Shown here piece after piece: positions 25,449-34,396 of a stretch of 64,000 nt of DNA. The notes beneath the pieces were generated by a model. The model was not told the origin of the DNA. It searched no databases and worked only from the letters and a program-made list of their open reading frames with translations. The position numbers were made by a program, and so were the translations under genes. Every line of letters starts with the position of its first letter. Within the stretch, counting starts at the first letter, position 1. The DNA comes from Collinsella sp. (GTDB lineage Bacteria > Actinomycetota > Coriobacteriia > Coriobacteriales > Coriobacteriaceae): positions 7,304-71,303 of the forward strand of contig JAXIYC010000063.1 of assembly GCA_036304725.1 (NCBI GenBank). The letters run 5' to 3'.

Positions 25449-27455
25449 ATGACCGAGGAGCTCAGGAAGCAGGCCAGCGTTGATGACGCCGTTGCCGCGG
25501 GACTGGTTGAGGAAACGGCTGCCGTAGCACCCGAGCTGGACGAGGCCGCCAAGGCTGCAGCCGAGCGCGAGGCTCGCCGCCAAGCGCTCTACGAGGAAAA
25601 CGAACGCGCCGAGGACGAGCGCGCCCGCGCTGAGGCAGAGCGCATGCGCGATGTGGACGACGAGGACGAGGACGAGAAACCCCGCGACACCTGGGCGACG
25701 GTGCGCCGCCTGTGGAGCGAGGCCGCCGGCGACCATTGGCGCTTCTATATCGTGTTCGCGAGCATCGTGTTCTATGTCATCTTTAACACCGCGGCGCCGG
25801 CTTACAGCGCCCGCGTGATCGATGAGCTGTGGGGCCACATTCAGGTGGCGTTTGCCAACGACACCGCCTTCAACATCACCTGGGAGAACTGCGGCAGGAC
25901 CATCTTCATCTACTTTATGATCTGGACGGCCGCTGCCTCGTTCTACGCGCTTCAGAGCTTTTTGATGTCGAGCGTTGCCGAGCGCCTCAACCTGCGCCTG
26001 CGTAACCGCATCGCTCAAAAGCTCAACCGTCTGCCGCTTGCCTTCTTTGACGCGCATCGTCCCGGTGAGGTCGTCAGCCGTGCGACCAACGACTTGGACA
26101 AGATGTCCGAGAGCATGCAGCGCGGCTTGCTGCAGCTTTTGGTGTCGATCGGTACTGTGGTGGGCGCCGTGAGCGTGATGTTCGTGTTTAGCGTGCCGCT
26201 CACGCTCGTCTTTTTGTTCTTTACGGCGTTGTCGCTGCTGGTGACCAAGGTGGTCTCGCGCCGCACGCATGACGTAACCGGTGAGCGCCAGGAGTGGGTG
26301 TCCAAGATTACGAGCGCGGTCGAGGAAGGCTACTCGGGCCGTCTGGTGATCCGTGCGTTTAACCGCGAGCGCCAGAGCTCTGCCGAGGTACACGAGGCTT
26401 CGAAGGAGCTGGCGCGCGTGAGCACCAAGGCCGACTTTATGATTAACGCCGTCGGTCCCGCGGTGCGCTTTATCGGCCGCTTGGCGCAGATCGTGATTGC
26501 GCTTGTGGGCTGCAGCATGTTGGTTGCCGGGCATATGACCGTCGGCGTGTTCCAGGCGTTCTTCCAGTTTATCTACGAGGCGTCCGAGCCCATGACGCAG
26601 CTGTCGTTTACCTTTAACTCGCTGCAGAGCGCGCTGGCGAGCGCCGAGCGCGTGTTCGACCTGCTCGACGAGTCCGAGATGGAAGCCGATCCGTTGCCGG
26701 CGGCCGCAGCCAAGCTGCCGGGCAAGGTGGAGGGCCGTGTCGCTTTTGAGCACGTGCGCTTTGGATATTCGCCCGACAAGCCGCTTATGCGCGACGTGTC
26801 GTTTGCCGCCGAGCCGGGCCAAAAGATCGCGGTGGTGGGAACCACGGGCGCGGGCAAGACCACGCTCATCAATCTGCTCATGCGCTTCTACGAGATCGAC
26901 GGTGGCCGCATTACCCTCGACGGTGTGGACACGAGCCGCATGGACCGCGGCGAGCTGCGCCAGCAGTTTGGCATGGTGTTGCAGGACGCCTGGTTGTTCG
27001 ATGGCACCATTGCCGAGAACATCGCCTATGGCTGTCCCGAGGCGACGCGCGAGGAGATTGTCGCGGCCGCGCGTGCCGCTCAGGTCGACTTCTTTGTGCG
27101 CACTATGCCGCAGGGCTACGACACGCGTGTAGCTAACGATGCCGAGAGCATCAGTCAGGGCCAACGTCAGCTGCTGACCATCGCGCGCGTGCTGCTCAAC
27201 AACCCGGCGATCCTCATCCTGGACGAGGCGACGTCGAGTGTGGACACGCGCACCGAGCTCGCCATCGGCCGCGCCATGGACGCGCTCATGCGCGGGCGCA
27301 CGAGCTTTGTGATCGCGCACCGTCTGTCGACGATCGTGGATGCCGACCTGATCCTGGTTATGGACCACGGCAACATTATCGAGCAGGGTACGCACAAGGA
27401 GCTGCTGGCTGCCGAGGGCGCCTATGCCGACCTCTACCTAAGCCAGTTCGCATAA
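25449..27455 (+). CDS. ABC exporter, fused permease/ATPase (partner half-transporter) with charged N-terminal extension
   Basis: GGAGG lies 8 nt upstream of ATG 25449. Walker A GTTGAGKTT, signature ISQGQRQLLTIARVL and Walker B ILILDEATSSVD are present. Confidence 0.9.
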   Translation: MTEELRKQASVDDAVAAGLVEETAAVAPELDEAAKAAAEREARRQALYEENERAEDERARAEAERMRDVDDEDEDEKPRDTWATVRRLWSEAAGDHWRFYIVFASIVFYVIFNTAAPAYSARVIDELWGHIQVAFANDTAFNITWENCGRTIFIYFMIWTAAASFYALQSFLMSSVAERLNLRLRNRIAQKLNRLPLAFFDAHRPGEVVSRATNDLDKMSESMQRGLLQLLVSIGTVVGAVSVMFVFSVPLTLVFLFFTALSLLVTKVVSRRTHDVTGERQEWVSKITSAVEEGYSGRLVIRAFNRERQSSAEVHEASKELARVSTKADFMINAVGPAVRFIGRLAQIVIALVGCSMLVAGHMTVGVFQAFFQFIYEASEPMTQLSFTFNSLQSALASAERVFDLLDESEMEADPLPAAAAKLPGKVEGRVAFEHVRFGYSPDKPLMRDVSFAAEPGQKIAVVGTTGAGKTTLINLLMRFYEIDGGRITLDGVDTSRMDRGELRQQFGMVLQDAWLFDGTIAENIAYGCPEATREEIVAAARAAQVDFFVRTMPQGYDTRVANDAESISQGQRQLLTIARVLLNNPAILILDEATSSVDTRTELAIGRAMDALMRGRTSFVIAHRLSTIVDADLILVMDHGNIIEQGTHKELLAAEGAYADLYLSQFA

Positions 27456-27456
27456 G

Positions 27457-27485
27457 GTGACATGGGGGGCAGTCCCGCATGTCAC
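27457..27485. repeat. palindromic hairpin repeat, GACA...GGCAGTCCC...TGTC family (copy 2, diverged)
   Basis: GTGACATGGGGGGCAGTCCCGCATGTCAC lies immediately after the ABC stop codon, between convergent genes. Confidence 0.75.
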
Positions 27486-27567
27486 ATCGAAAAGAAGGCG
27501 TGCCGGGGGCGGATTCCCCGGCACGCCTTTTGTGTTGGCGTTCATGCTGTGGCGGTTGTCCGCGGCC

Positions 27568-28272
27568 CTAGCGTTCGTCCACGAGCTTGGCGACGAGGGC
27601 TTTGAGCTCGGCCAACTCTTGCTCGAGTTCCTTGACGCGGCGGGCGTTTTCGGTGATGCCCTGACGGTTGAGGGCGCTCTGCTCGGCGGCATCGTCGGGC
27701 ATGTACTCGCGATGCTGCTTGGCGTCGAAGCTCTCCTCGAACACGCGGCAGCCGTTGCGCTTGATGATGCGCCCGGGCACGCCCACGACGGTGCAGTTGT
27801 CGGGCACGTCCTTGACGACGACCGAGTTGCCGCCGATTTTGACGTTGTTGCCAATGTGGATGTTGCCAAGCACCTTGGCGCCCGTGCCCACCGTGACATT
27901 GTTGCCCAGGGTGGGGTGACGCTTGCCGGTCTCGTTGCCGGTGCCGCCGAGCGTGACGCCCTGGTAGAGCACACAGTTGTCGCCCACGATGGCAGTCTCG
28001 CCAATAACGACGCCCATGGCGTGGTCGATAAAGAAGTGCTTGCCGATCTGCGCGGCGGGATGAATCTCAACACCAGTGATATGGCGGGTTAACTGCGAGA
28101 GCACACGGGCGAGTGAGCGATGACCGTGCTCCCACAGCCAGTGCTCGGGCACGTGGTTCCACTTGGCGTGCAGGCCAGGATAGGAAAGGAAGATGACCAG
28201 GCCGTTTTGCGCTGCAGGGTCCTGCGCCTGGACGGTCTTGATGTCCTCGCGAATGGTATTGATAAAGCTCAC
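27568..28272 (-). CDS. cysE: serine O-acetyltransferase with C-terminal extension
   Basis: N-terminal SAT helical domain ([19 protein letters not shown]), left-handed beta-helix hexapeptide repeats ([21 protein letters not shown]), then about 60 extra residues. Confidence 0.9.
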   Translation of the reverse strand: MSFINTIREDIKTVQAQDPAAQNGLVIFLSYPGLHAKWNHVPEHWLWEHGHRSLARVLSQLTRHITGVEIHPAAQIGKHFFIDHAMGVVIGETAIVGDNCVLYQGVTLGGTGNETGKRHPTLGNNVTVGTGAKVLGNIHIGNNVKIGGNSVVVKDVPDNCTVVGVPGRIIKRNGCRVFEESFDAKQHREYMPDDAAEQSALNRQGITENARRVKELEQELAELKALVAKLVDER

Positions 28273-28496
28273 CGGCCGCCCTCCCTTAGCGCCGTGACAA
28301 TGCGATTCAATAAAGTATAGCGATTCGCTAGGGATTAGGAAGGGCGATCTTGCTTCGCTTTGGGCGACAAGTGTCAGTTATGCAAACTTGCTGGTAATGA
28401 AGTAAGACTTTTGAGGGGTTTGGCCCGTGCTCGCGCCGCAACCGTATACTGGTCAACTTGGACGTGTCCGCGCCCACAACTGAGAGGTTTTACTTC

Positions 28497-29135
28497 ATGG
28501 GTTTCATCAATTTTATCGCCGAGCTGCTTAAGGACCCGCGCACCGCGATCGCCAGCTGGATCGCCGCCGGCCCGCTTATGGCCTACGGCTGCGTGTTCCT
28601 GATCATCTTTATCGAGACGGGCGTGGTGTTCTTCCCGTTCCTTCCCGGTGATTCGCTGCTGTTCGCCTCGGGTTTCTTTGCCCACAACGGCGGCTTTAAC
28701 ATCGTGGCGCTTCTGGCCACCGCATGGGCCGCTGCCATTTTGGGCGATCAGTGCAACTTTATGATCGGTCACTTCTTTGGCCGCAAGATCATCGCTTCGG
28801 GCAAGGTCAAGGCCATGACGCCCGAGCGCATCAAAAAGTCCGAGGACTTCTTGGACAAGTGGGGTCACCTGGCCATCTTCCTGGGTCGCTTCTTCCCGTT
28901 TATCCGCACCTTTGTGCCCTTTATCGCTGGCATGGGCGGCATGCACTGGCGCAACTTTGTCGTCTTTAACGTGCTGGGCGGCATTACCTGGTCGACGGTC
29001 TTTACGCTGCTGGGCTACTTCTTTGGCGGCATTCCCTTTGTGCAGGAGCACTTTGAGCTGCTGATTATCGGCATCGTTGCCGTGTCGATCATCCCGACCG
29101 TGGTCGGTTTGGTTAAGGCCAAGCTGGGTAAATAG
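28497..29135 (+). CDS. DedA family membrane protein
   Basis: FIETGVVFFPFLPGDSLLFASG and GRFFPFIRTFVPFIAG are DedA signature regions. ATG at 28497. Confidence 0.88.
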   Translation: MGFINFIAELLKDPRTAIASWIAAGPLMAYGCVFLIIFIETGVVFFPFLPGDSLLFASGFFAHNGGFNIVALLATAWAAAILGDQCNFMIGHFFGRKIIASGKVKAMTPERIKKSEDFLDKWGHLAIFLGRFFPFIRTFVPFIAGMGGMHWRNFVVFNVLGGITWSTVFTLLGYFFGGIPFVQEHFELLIIGIVAVSIIPTVVGLVKAKLGK

Positions 29136-29174
29136 AACGCCTAGCTCGAGCCAGCGCGCAGACCGTACAGTTGA

Positions 29175-29207
29175 GGCCCGTCACCGCTTACGGTGGCGGG
29201 CCTTTTT
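29175..29207 (+). terminator. intrinsic terminator after the dedA-family gene
   Basis: Stem GGCCCGTCACCG / CGGTGGCGGGCC with loop CTTA, followed by TTTTT. Confidence 0.8.
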
Positions 29208-29432
29208 GCTTCGGTCAAATGAAAATACTTTACTTAGTTAAAGAAAAGCGTTTTATCAGACGCGTGCGGGGAGTACAATCTCGTGCATGCGAATCGACGT
29301 GCCATCGGCTTTGATGCTGCTCGCGTGTCCCGTCCGGCTCTACGCTCCGGGCGTGCGACGTTGCGACGCGGTCGGCCTCGGTCCTTGCGTGCGGGTTCGC
29401 GAGTATGCAACTGTGTATGTAAGGAGCGACAT

Positions 29433-30485
29433 ATGACTGTCGAGAAGAAGGATATCGATTGGGGTAGCCTCGGCTTTGGCTACATGAAGACCGATTACAG
29501 CTACGAGGCTCATTGGAAGGATGGCGAGTGGGACGAGGGCGGCCTGACCACCGACCACACCCTGCATGTCTCCGAGTGCGGCGGTATCTTCCATTACTGC
29601 CAGGAGGTCTTTGAGGGCCTGAAGGCCTACACCGCCGAGGACGGCAGCATCGTCTGCTTCCGTCCCGACATGAACGCCGAGCGTATGTACAACTCTGCGC
29701 AGCGCCTCGAGATGCCCCCGTTCCCCAAGGACAAGTTCGTTGAAGCCGTCAAGCAGGTCGTTTCTGCCAACGCCGCCTGGGTTCCGCCCTTCGGTTCCGG
29801 TGCGACCCTGTACGTGCGTCCGTTTATGATCGGCTCCGGTGACGTGATCGGCGTGGCTCCCGCTCCTGAGTACACGTTCCGCATTCTCGTGACCCCGGTC
29901 GGTCCGTACTTTAAGGGTGGCCTCAAGCCCGTCAAGCTGCGCGTTTCCGAGTATGACCGTGCGGCACCTCACGGCACCGGCAACATCAAGGCCGGCCTGA
30001 ACTACGCCATGTCCCTCAAGCCCACGATGGAGGCCCATCGCGAGGGCTATGCCGAGAACCTGTATCTCGACTCCGAGTCCCGCACCTATGTCGAGGAGAC
30101 CGGCGGCGCCAACGTTCTGTTCGTGAAGGAGGACGGCACGCTCGTCGTTCCGCAGTCGCACACCGACTCCATCCTGCCCTCTATCACCCGTCGCTCGCTC
30201 GTTCAGGTCGCTCAGGACCTGGGCATGACCGTTGACCAGCGTCCCGTCGAGTGGGCCGAGGTCAAGGCCGGTACCTTTGTCGAGTGCGGCCTGTGCGGCA
30301 CCGCTGCCGTCATCTCCCCGGTTGGCGAGATCGACAACAAGGTTTACGGCGCCGACGAGACCGTGACCTTCCCGGCTGGCTACACCGAGATCGGCCCCGT
30401 GATGAAGAAGCTTCGCGAGACCCTGACTGGTATTCAGTCCGGTGCTGTCGAGGATAAGCACAACTGGGTTTACACCGTCGCGTAA
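29433..30485 (+). CDS. ilvE: branched-chain amino acid aminotransferase
   Basis: About 350-aa class IV aminotransferase with CQEVFEGLKAY and the family-typical length. AAGGAG lies upstream of ATG 29433. Confidence 0.9.
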   Translation: MTVEKKDIDWGSLGFGYMKTDYSYEAHWKDGEWDEGGLTTDHTLHVSECGGIFHYCQEVFEGLKAYTAEDGSIVCFRPDMNAERMYNSAQRLEMPPFPKDKFVEAVKQVVSANAAWVPPFGSGATLYVRPFMIGSGDVIGVAPAPEYTFRILVTPVGPYFKGGLKPVKLRVSEYDRAAPHGTGNIKAGLNYAMSLKPTMEAHREGYAENLYLDSESRTYVEETGGANVLFVKEDGTLVVPQSHTDSILPSITRRSLVQVAQDLGMTVDQRPVEWAEVKAGTFVECGLCGTAAVISPVGEIDNKVYGADETVTFPAGYTEIGPVMKKLRETLTGIQSGAVEDKHNWVYTVA

Positions 30486-30502
30486 GCAGTCTTAGCTGTC
30501 CG

Positions 30503-30633
30503 GCCCGAGGGCGGCCTTCCCTCCCGGCGCGTCCTCGGACATGAAAGAACCCCCGCTGCGCACTTCGTGCGGCGGAGGTTCTTTCGTCCTGCGGAGTGCG
30601 CCGGGAGGGAGCTTGCTCTCCGCCCTGCGGGCT
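30503..30633. repeat. ~130-nt multi-tier imperfect palindrome downstream of ilvE
   Basis: Nested arm pairs are GCCCGAGGGCGG/CCGCCCTGCGGGC, TCCCTCCCGGCGC/GCGCCGGGAGGGA, GAAAGAACCCCCGC/GCGGAGGTTCTTTC and CGCAC/GTGCG. No U-tract follows. Confidence 0.8.
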
Positions 30634-30678
30634 CGGCGATGTCACAACGAACAATAATTAATCTGAATTAAAGATGGT

Positions 30679-30708
30679 GCGCGGCCTTTTAGGCCGCGCT
30701 TTTGTTTT
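30679..30708 (+). terminator. intrinsic terminator (ilvE transcript or an unannotated small RNA)
   Basis: Stem GCGCGGCC / GGCCGCGC with loop TTTTA, followed by TTTTGTTTT. Confidence 0.7.
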
Positions 30709-30732
30709 GGTTCGCGCCATGTGGGGGTGGTG

Positions 30733-30762
30733 GCGACGTGCATTTTTGCGAGTATTCTGCAA
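30733..30762 (-). repeat. 30-nt dispersed repeat unit TTGCAGAATACTCGC-N5-TGCACGTCGC (copy 1, inverted)
   Basis: The reverse complement TTGCAGAATACTCGCAAAAATGCACGTCGC matches 57149-57178 at 26 of 30 positions. Confidence 0.8.
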
Positions 30763-30916
30763 TCGAAGGCCCCTGCATACCGACCTCGGGCAAAAAATCG
30801 GGAGTTCTCGATGTTTTCTACGGATGATGGGCGGGGTTATGGGCTGGCAGCGCTTGATTTGCAGGGATATTCGCGGTCTTTGGCATTTATCGTGGCGCCC
30901 GAAGCCCTTGGTTATG

Positions 30917-30943
30917 TTGAATACTCCTAAAAATGCACGACGC
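30917..30943 (+). repeat. dispersed repeat unit, diverged copy
   Basis: TTGAATACTCCTAAAAATGCACGACGC forms an imperfect inverted pair with 30733-30762. A more degenerate copy lies at about 30858-30885. Confidence 0.6.
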
Positions 30944-30960
30944 TTAGAGGGGGACCTTCG

Positions 30961-31008
30961 CGAAAAAGGAAACCGCCCCGTCGAAGTATGCATTCGACGG
31001 GGCGGTTT
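30961..31008 (-). terminator. intrinsic terminator after lemA (minus strand)
   Basis: 16-bp stem AAACCGCCCCGTCGAA / TTCGACGGGGCGGTTT. On the minus strand it is followed by TTTCCTTTTTCG. Confidence 0.75.
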
Positions 31009-31044
31009 ATGCATTTAGCCGATTAAGGATGCGCTGTCAAACTA

Positions 31045-31596
31045 CTAGAACTTGACGGTCGGGGCCTGACGGGCTGCTTCGGCGGCCTCGAAGCCCTGGC
31101 GCTCCTTAAACTGGAAGATGCCGGCAAAGATGACAGCCGGGAACGTCTGAATGGCGTTGTTGTAGCTGAGCACGCAATCGTTGTAGCTCTGGCGTGCATA
31201 GCTAATCTTGTTCTCGGTATCCTCGAGCGATGCCTGCAGCTGCGTAAAGTTGGTGTTTGCCTTAAGATCGGGATAGGCCTCGGCTACGGCGAAGAGCTGG
31301 CGCAGCGCACCGGTCAGCACGTTGTCGGCTTCCATCTTGGCCTCGGGCGTGGTGGCCTTGACGGCGGTGTTACGCGCGCTGATCACGGCGGAGAGCGTCT
31401 CCTGCTCGTGCTTGGCGTAGCCCTTGACGGTCTCGACCAGGTTGGGGATCAGGTCGTTGCGACGCTGCAGCTGCGTATCGATGTTCTGCCAGGCGTTATC
31501 GATGCGGTTACGCTTGGTGACCATGTTGTTGTAGATGCCGGCGATGGCGCAGACAATCACAATGACAACAACGATGCCGATGATGACGGTAATCAT
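31045..31596 (-). CDS. lemA: LemA family protein
   Basis: N-terminal TM helix (ITVIIGIVVVIVIVCAIAGIY), then NNMVTKRNRIDNAWQNIDTQLQRRNDLIPNLV, the LemA signature. ATG at 31596. Confidence 0.88.
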   Translation of the reverse strand: MITVIIGIVVVIVIVCAIAGIYNNMVTKRNRIDNAWQNIDTQLQRRNDLIPNLVETVKGYAKHEQETLSAVISARNTAVKATTPEAKMEADNVLTGALRQLFAVAEAYPDLKANTNFTQLQASLEDTENKISYARQSYNDCVLSYNNAIQTFPAVIFAGIFQFKERQGFEAAEAARQAPTVKF

Positions 31597-31795
31597 GATG
31601 TCTCCGTTTCGAATGGCCGCGGCGGCATGCGCCAGCTGCCGTTGGTATAACGCTACTAGTATACCCGCAACGTTTTGCCGTGCCGAACTTTCCGGCAAGC
31701 GTTATGTTTTCGGCGGGGTCGGTACCGGGGCAAAGCGCGCGAGGTACAGGTGTAAGATATGCGACAGATTGACGAGTGTTGTCTTTGCCCTGAGG

Positions 31796-32392
31796 ATGGC
31801 GATACCAGTGGACCTTCGCATTAAGAAAACCTACCGCGCCCTGTTCGACGCCTTCACCGAGCTTCTCGAGGAGCATCGTTTTGAGGACCTTACGGTTGCC
31901 ATGCTGTGCGAGCGCGCCATGATTCGCCGCACGACGTTCTACAAGCACTTTCGCGACAAGAACGATTACTTTGCCTTTTATATCGATGGGCTCATGTCGG
32001 GCTTGCCGCAAAAACAGCCCGATGAGGCCGGCGCAGTGTCTGCCGAGGACGTGCGCGCGCTTCGGCACGCGATTTTGGACGATGCCATGGATTTGATTCT
32101 GGCGCACGAGCAGCTCATGGATAACATTTTGGCAAGCAGCATGTCGGGCATGTTGACCAACGTTATTTGCGACCGTATTGCCCGCTCCATCGGCGAGCGT
32201 GTGATGAACGTGCTTGCCGAGGATGCCCTGGCCCCCGTGTCACTCGAGACGACGTCTGAGTTTGTCGCCGGCGGTATTATTCGACTTTTCACGATATGGT
32301 GGGAATCGGGCCACGATCTTGAGCGTCGACCCGAGATGGCCGACGTGGTCGATGCGCTGTTTGAGCGGACCATGACGCCGGTGCATCACTAA
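31796..32392 (+). CDS. TetR family transcriptional regulator
   Basis: HTH region FEDLTVAMLCERAMIRRTTFYKHFRDKNDYF. ATG at 31796; the track start at 31535 overlaps lemA. Confidence 0.85.
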   Translation: MAIPVDLRIKKTYRALFDAFTELLEEHRFEDLTVAMLCERAMIRRTTFYKHFRDKNDYFAFYIDGLMSGLPQKQPDEAGAVSAEDVRALRHAILDDAMDLILAHEQLMDNILASSMSGMLTNVICDRIARSIGERVMNVLAEDALAPVSLETTSEFVAGGIIRLFTIWWESGHDLERRPEMADVVDALFERTMTPVHH

Positions 32393-32395
32393 AAG

Positions 32396-32485
32396 TGGCG
32401 GAGAGAGGGGGATTCGAACCCCCGGAACGCTCTCGCGCTCAACGGTTTTCAAGACCGCCGCATTCAACCGCTCTGCCATCTCTCC
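32396..32485 (-). tRNA. tRNA-Ser (anticodon UGA), CCA encoded
   Basis: Minus-strand sequence is GGAGAGATGGCAGAGCGGTTGAATGCGGCGGTCTTGAAAACCGTTGAGCGCGAGAGCGTTCCGGGGGTTCGAATCCCCCTCTCTCCGCCA. It has a 7-bp acceptor stem, anticodon loop CTTGAAA, a long variable arm and T-loop GGTTCGAATCC. Confidence 0.93.
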
Positions 32486-32536
32486 GTGAGTCGTAATGAT
32501 AGCATCGTTTTGGATTTGCAACAGGGGAGGCGAACG

Positions 32537-34318
32537 ATGACGAGCACCGGAATCGATGAGAAGTTCATGTGCGAGGCGCTGACGGAGGCGCGCGCAGCCG
32601 CTGCGGTGGGCGAGGTACCGATCGGTGCCGTAGTGGTGCGCGCGGGTGAGATCGTCGCGAGGGCGCATAATCGCCGCGAACTCGACCAGGACCCTTCGGC
32701 ACATGCAGAGTTTGCGGCCCTATGCGCCGCCGCGCAGTCGCTCGGTCGTTGGCGCCTTTCCGATTGTACGGTCTACGTGACGCTTGAGCCCTGCTGCATG
32801 TGCGCGGGGCTTATGGTGAACGCGCGCGTGGGGCGCTGCGTGTACGGCGCGGCCGATGCTAAAGCGGGCGCTCTGGGGTCGCTATACGACCTCAATGCCG
32901 ATTCGCGCCTGAACCATCGGTTTAATGTGACCGCCGGCGTGCTGGCAGAAGAGTGCCGCGCGGTGCTAAGTGGTTATTTTAGTGGGCTGCGTGGCGCCGA
33001 TGGTGCTGGCTGCGGTTGTGGGGCCGATCTTGAGGCACATGCCGCTCATGCCGAGGCGCTCGCGTGTGTCGAAGATACTGCCGTTGAGGCGGTCGATTTT
33101 GGTGCCGCGTGCCGCCGACCCCGCCGTGTGCTGCTGGCGATTGATTCCTTTAAGGGCAGCGTTTCGAGCGCGCAGGCGGAGGAGGCCGTTGCCGAAGGTG
33201 TGCGCCGCGTGTGGCCCGATGCCCAGGTAAGCGCGCTGCCGCTGGCGGATGGCGGCGAGGGAACGCTCGATGCCGTTGCCGCGTGCGGCGGTGAGGTCGC
33301 GGCATGTGAAGTCGCAGGCCCCTTGGGCGACCGCGTGTCTGCCCGGATGCTGGTGGACGGCGAGCACGAGTCGGCTGTAATTGAGATGGCCGAGGCGGCG
33401 GGAATTGGGTATTCGCCCTGCACGGAATCGGCGGCGCTTGCGGCTTCGACCTATGGCGTGGGCGAGCTCATGCTTCGTGCGGTTCGCGCGGGGGCGAGGA
33501 CTCTATATATAGGACTGGGCGGCAGTGCCACCAACGACGGCGGCGCCGGCATGCTGCAAGCGCTGGGCGCGCGTCTTGTCGATGACCGTGGCTGCGATAT
33601 CGCGCCGGGGCTCGCGGGCCTTGAACACGTGGCGAGTATCGATTTGGCACCGGCGCTTCGGGCGCTGAATGGCGCACGCATCGTCGTGCTGTCCGATGTC
33701 GAGAATCCGCTCGTGGGGCGTCGAGGCGCACTGGCGGTGTTTGGTGGGCAGAAGGGTTTGCCGACGGGTGATGCCGAGGTGCTGCGCGGGTACGACAGCT
33801 GGATGGTCGGCTATGGTCGCCTGCTCGATGCGGCAATAACCGGGGCGCGGGCTCAGGGGTTGTTGCGCGTGCCCGAGGGTGCGCGGACATTTGGCTCGGT
33901 GCTCGGCGTGCCCGGCGCCGGTGCCGCCGGCGGCCTGGGCGCCGCGCTGCTAGCGCTCGGTGCGGAGCTACGCTCGGGCGTGGAGACGGTGCTTGATCTG
34001 ATTGGGTTTGACGAGCACGTGCGCGATGTCGACCTGGTCATAACGGGCGAGGGCAATATGGACGAGCAATCCGCAGCCGGTAAGGCGCCGGTGGGCGTGG
34101 CCCGTCGTGCGAAACGCTATGGCAAGCCGGTTGTTGCCGTCGTGGGCGGTCGTGCCGACAACCTGGATGCGGTGTATGGGCAGGGCGTCGACCTGGTTTT
34201 GCCGGTCTGCCGCAAGCCCATGGGCCTTGAGCTGGCGCTCGATCCCCAGGAAGCCACAACCAACCTCATCTGCGCCGGCGAAGCGGCCGCCCAAGCCTAC
34301 GACCTTGGCCGTATCTAA
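32537..34318 (+). CDS. fusion protein: tRNA-specific adenosine deaminase (TadA) domain + glycerate kinase domain
   Basis: The N-terminal deaminase has HAEFAAL...TLEPCCMCAG zinc ligands. After a ~45-aa linker comes a glycerate kinase family domain (VLLAIDSFKGSVSS...PLADGGEGT...ITGEGNMDEQS). It is a single uninterrupted ORF. ATG at 32537. Confidence 0.85.
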   Translation: MTSTGIDEKFMCEALTEARAAAAVGEVPIGAVVVRAGEIVARAHNRRELDQDPSAHAEFAALCAAAQSLGRWRLSDCTVYVTLEPCCMCAGLMVNARVGRCVYGAADAKAGALGSLYDLNADSRLNHRFNVTAGVLAEECRAVLSGYFSGLRGADGAGCGCGADLEAHAAHAEALACVEDTAVEAVDFGAACRRPRRVLLAIDSFKGSVSSAQAEEAVAEGVRRVWPDAQVSALPLADGGEGTLDAVAACGGEVAACEVAGPLGDRVSARMLVDGEHESAVIEMAEAAGIGYSPCTESAALAASTYGVGELMLRAVRAGARTLYIGLGGSATNDGGAGMLQALGARLVDDRGCDIAPGLAGLEHVASIDLAPALRALNGARIVVLSDVENPLVGRRGALAVFGGQKGLPTGDAEVLRGYDSWMVGYGRLLDAAITGARAQGLLRVPEGARTFGSVLGVPGAGAAGGLGAALLALGAELRSGVETVLDLIGFDEHVRDVDLVITGEGNMDEQSAAGKAPVGVARRAKRYGKPVVAVVGGRADNLDAVYGQGVDLVLPVCRKPMGLELALDPQEATTNLICAGEAAAQAYDLGRI

Positions 34319-34396
34319 AAGTAGTAAAAAGGCCCCGTTCCAAATTAGCTACCTTGCCCCATCGGGCGGGAGCGGGTAAGATATATCGAGCGCCTA

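Noticed and set aside
30674-31018. 114-aa and 69-aa plus-strand ORFs between ilvE and lemA.
   Set aside because: They are Arg/Trp/Cys-rich improbable sequences overlapping the dispersed 30-nt repeats and two terminators, with no RBS.
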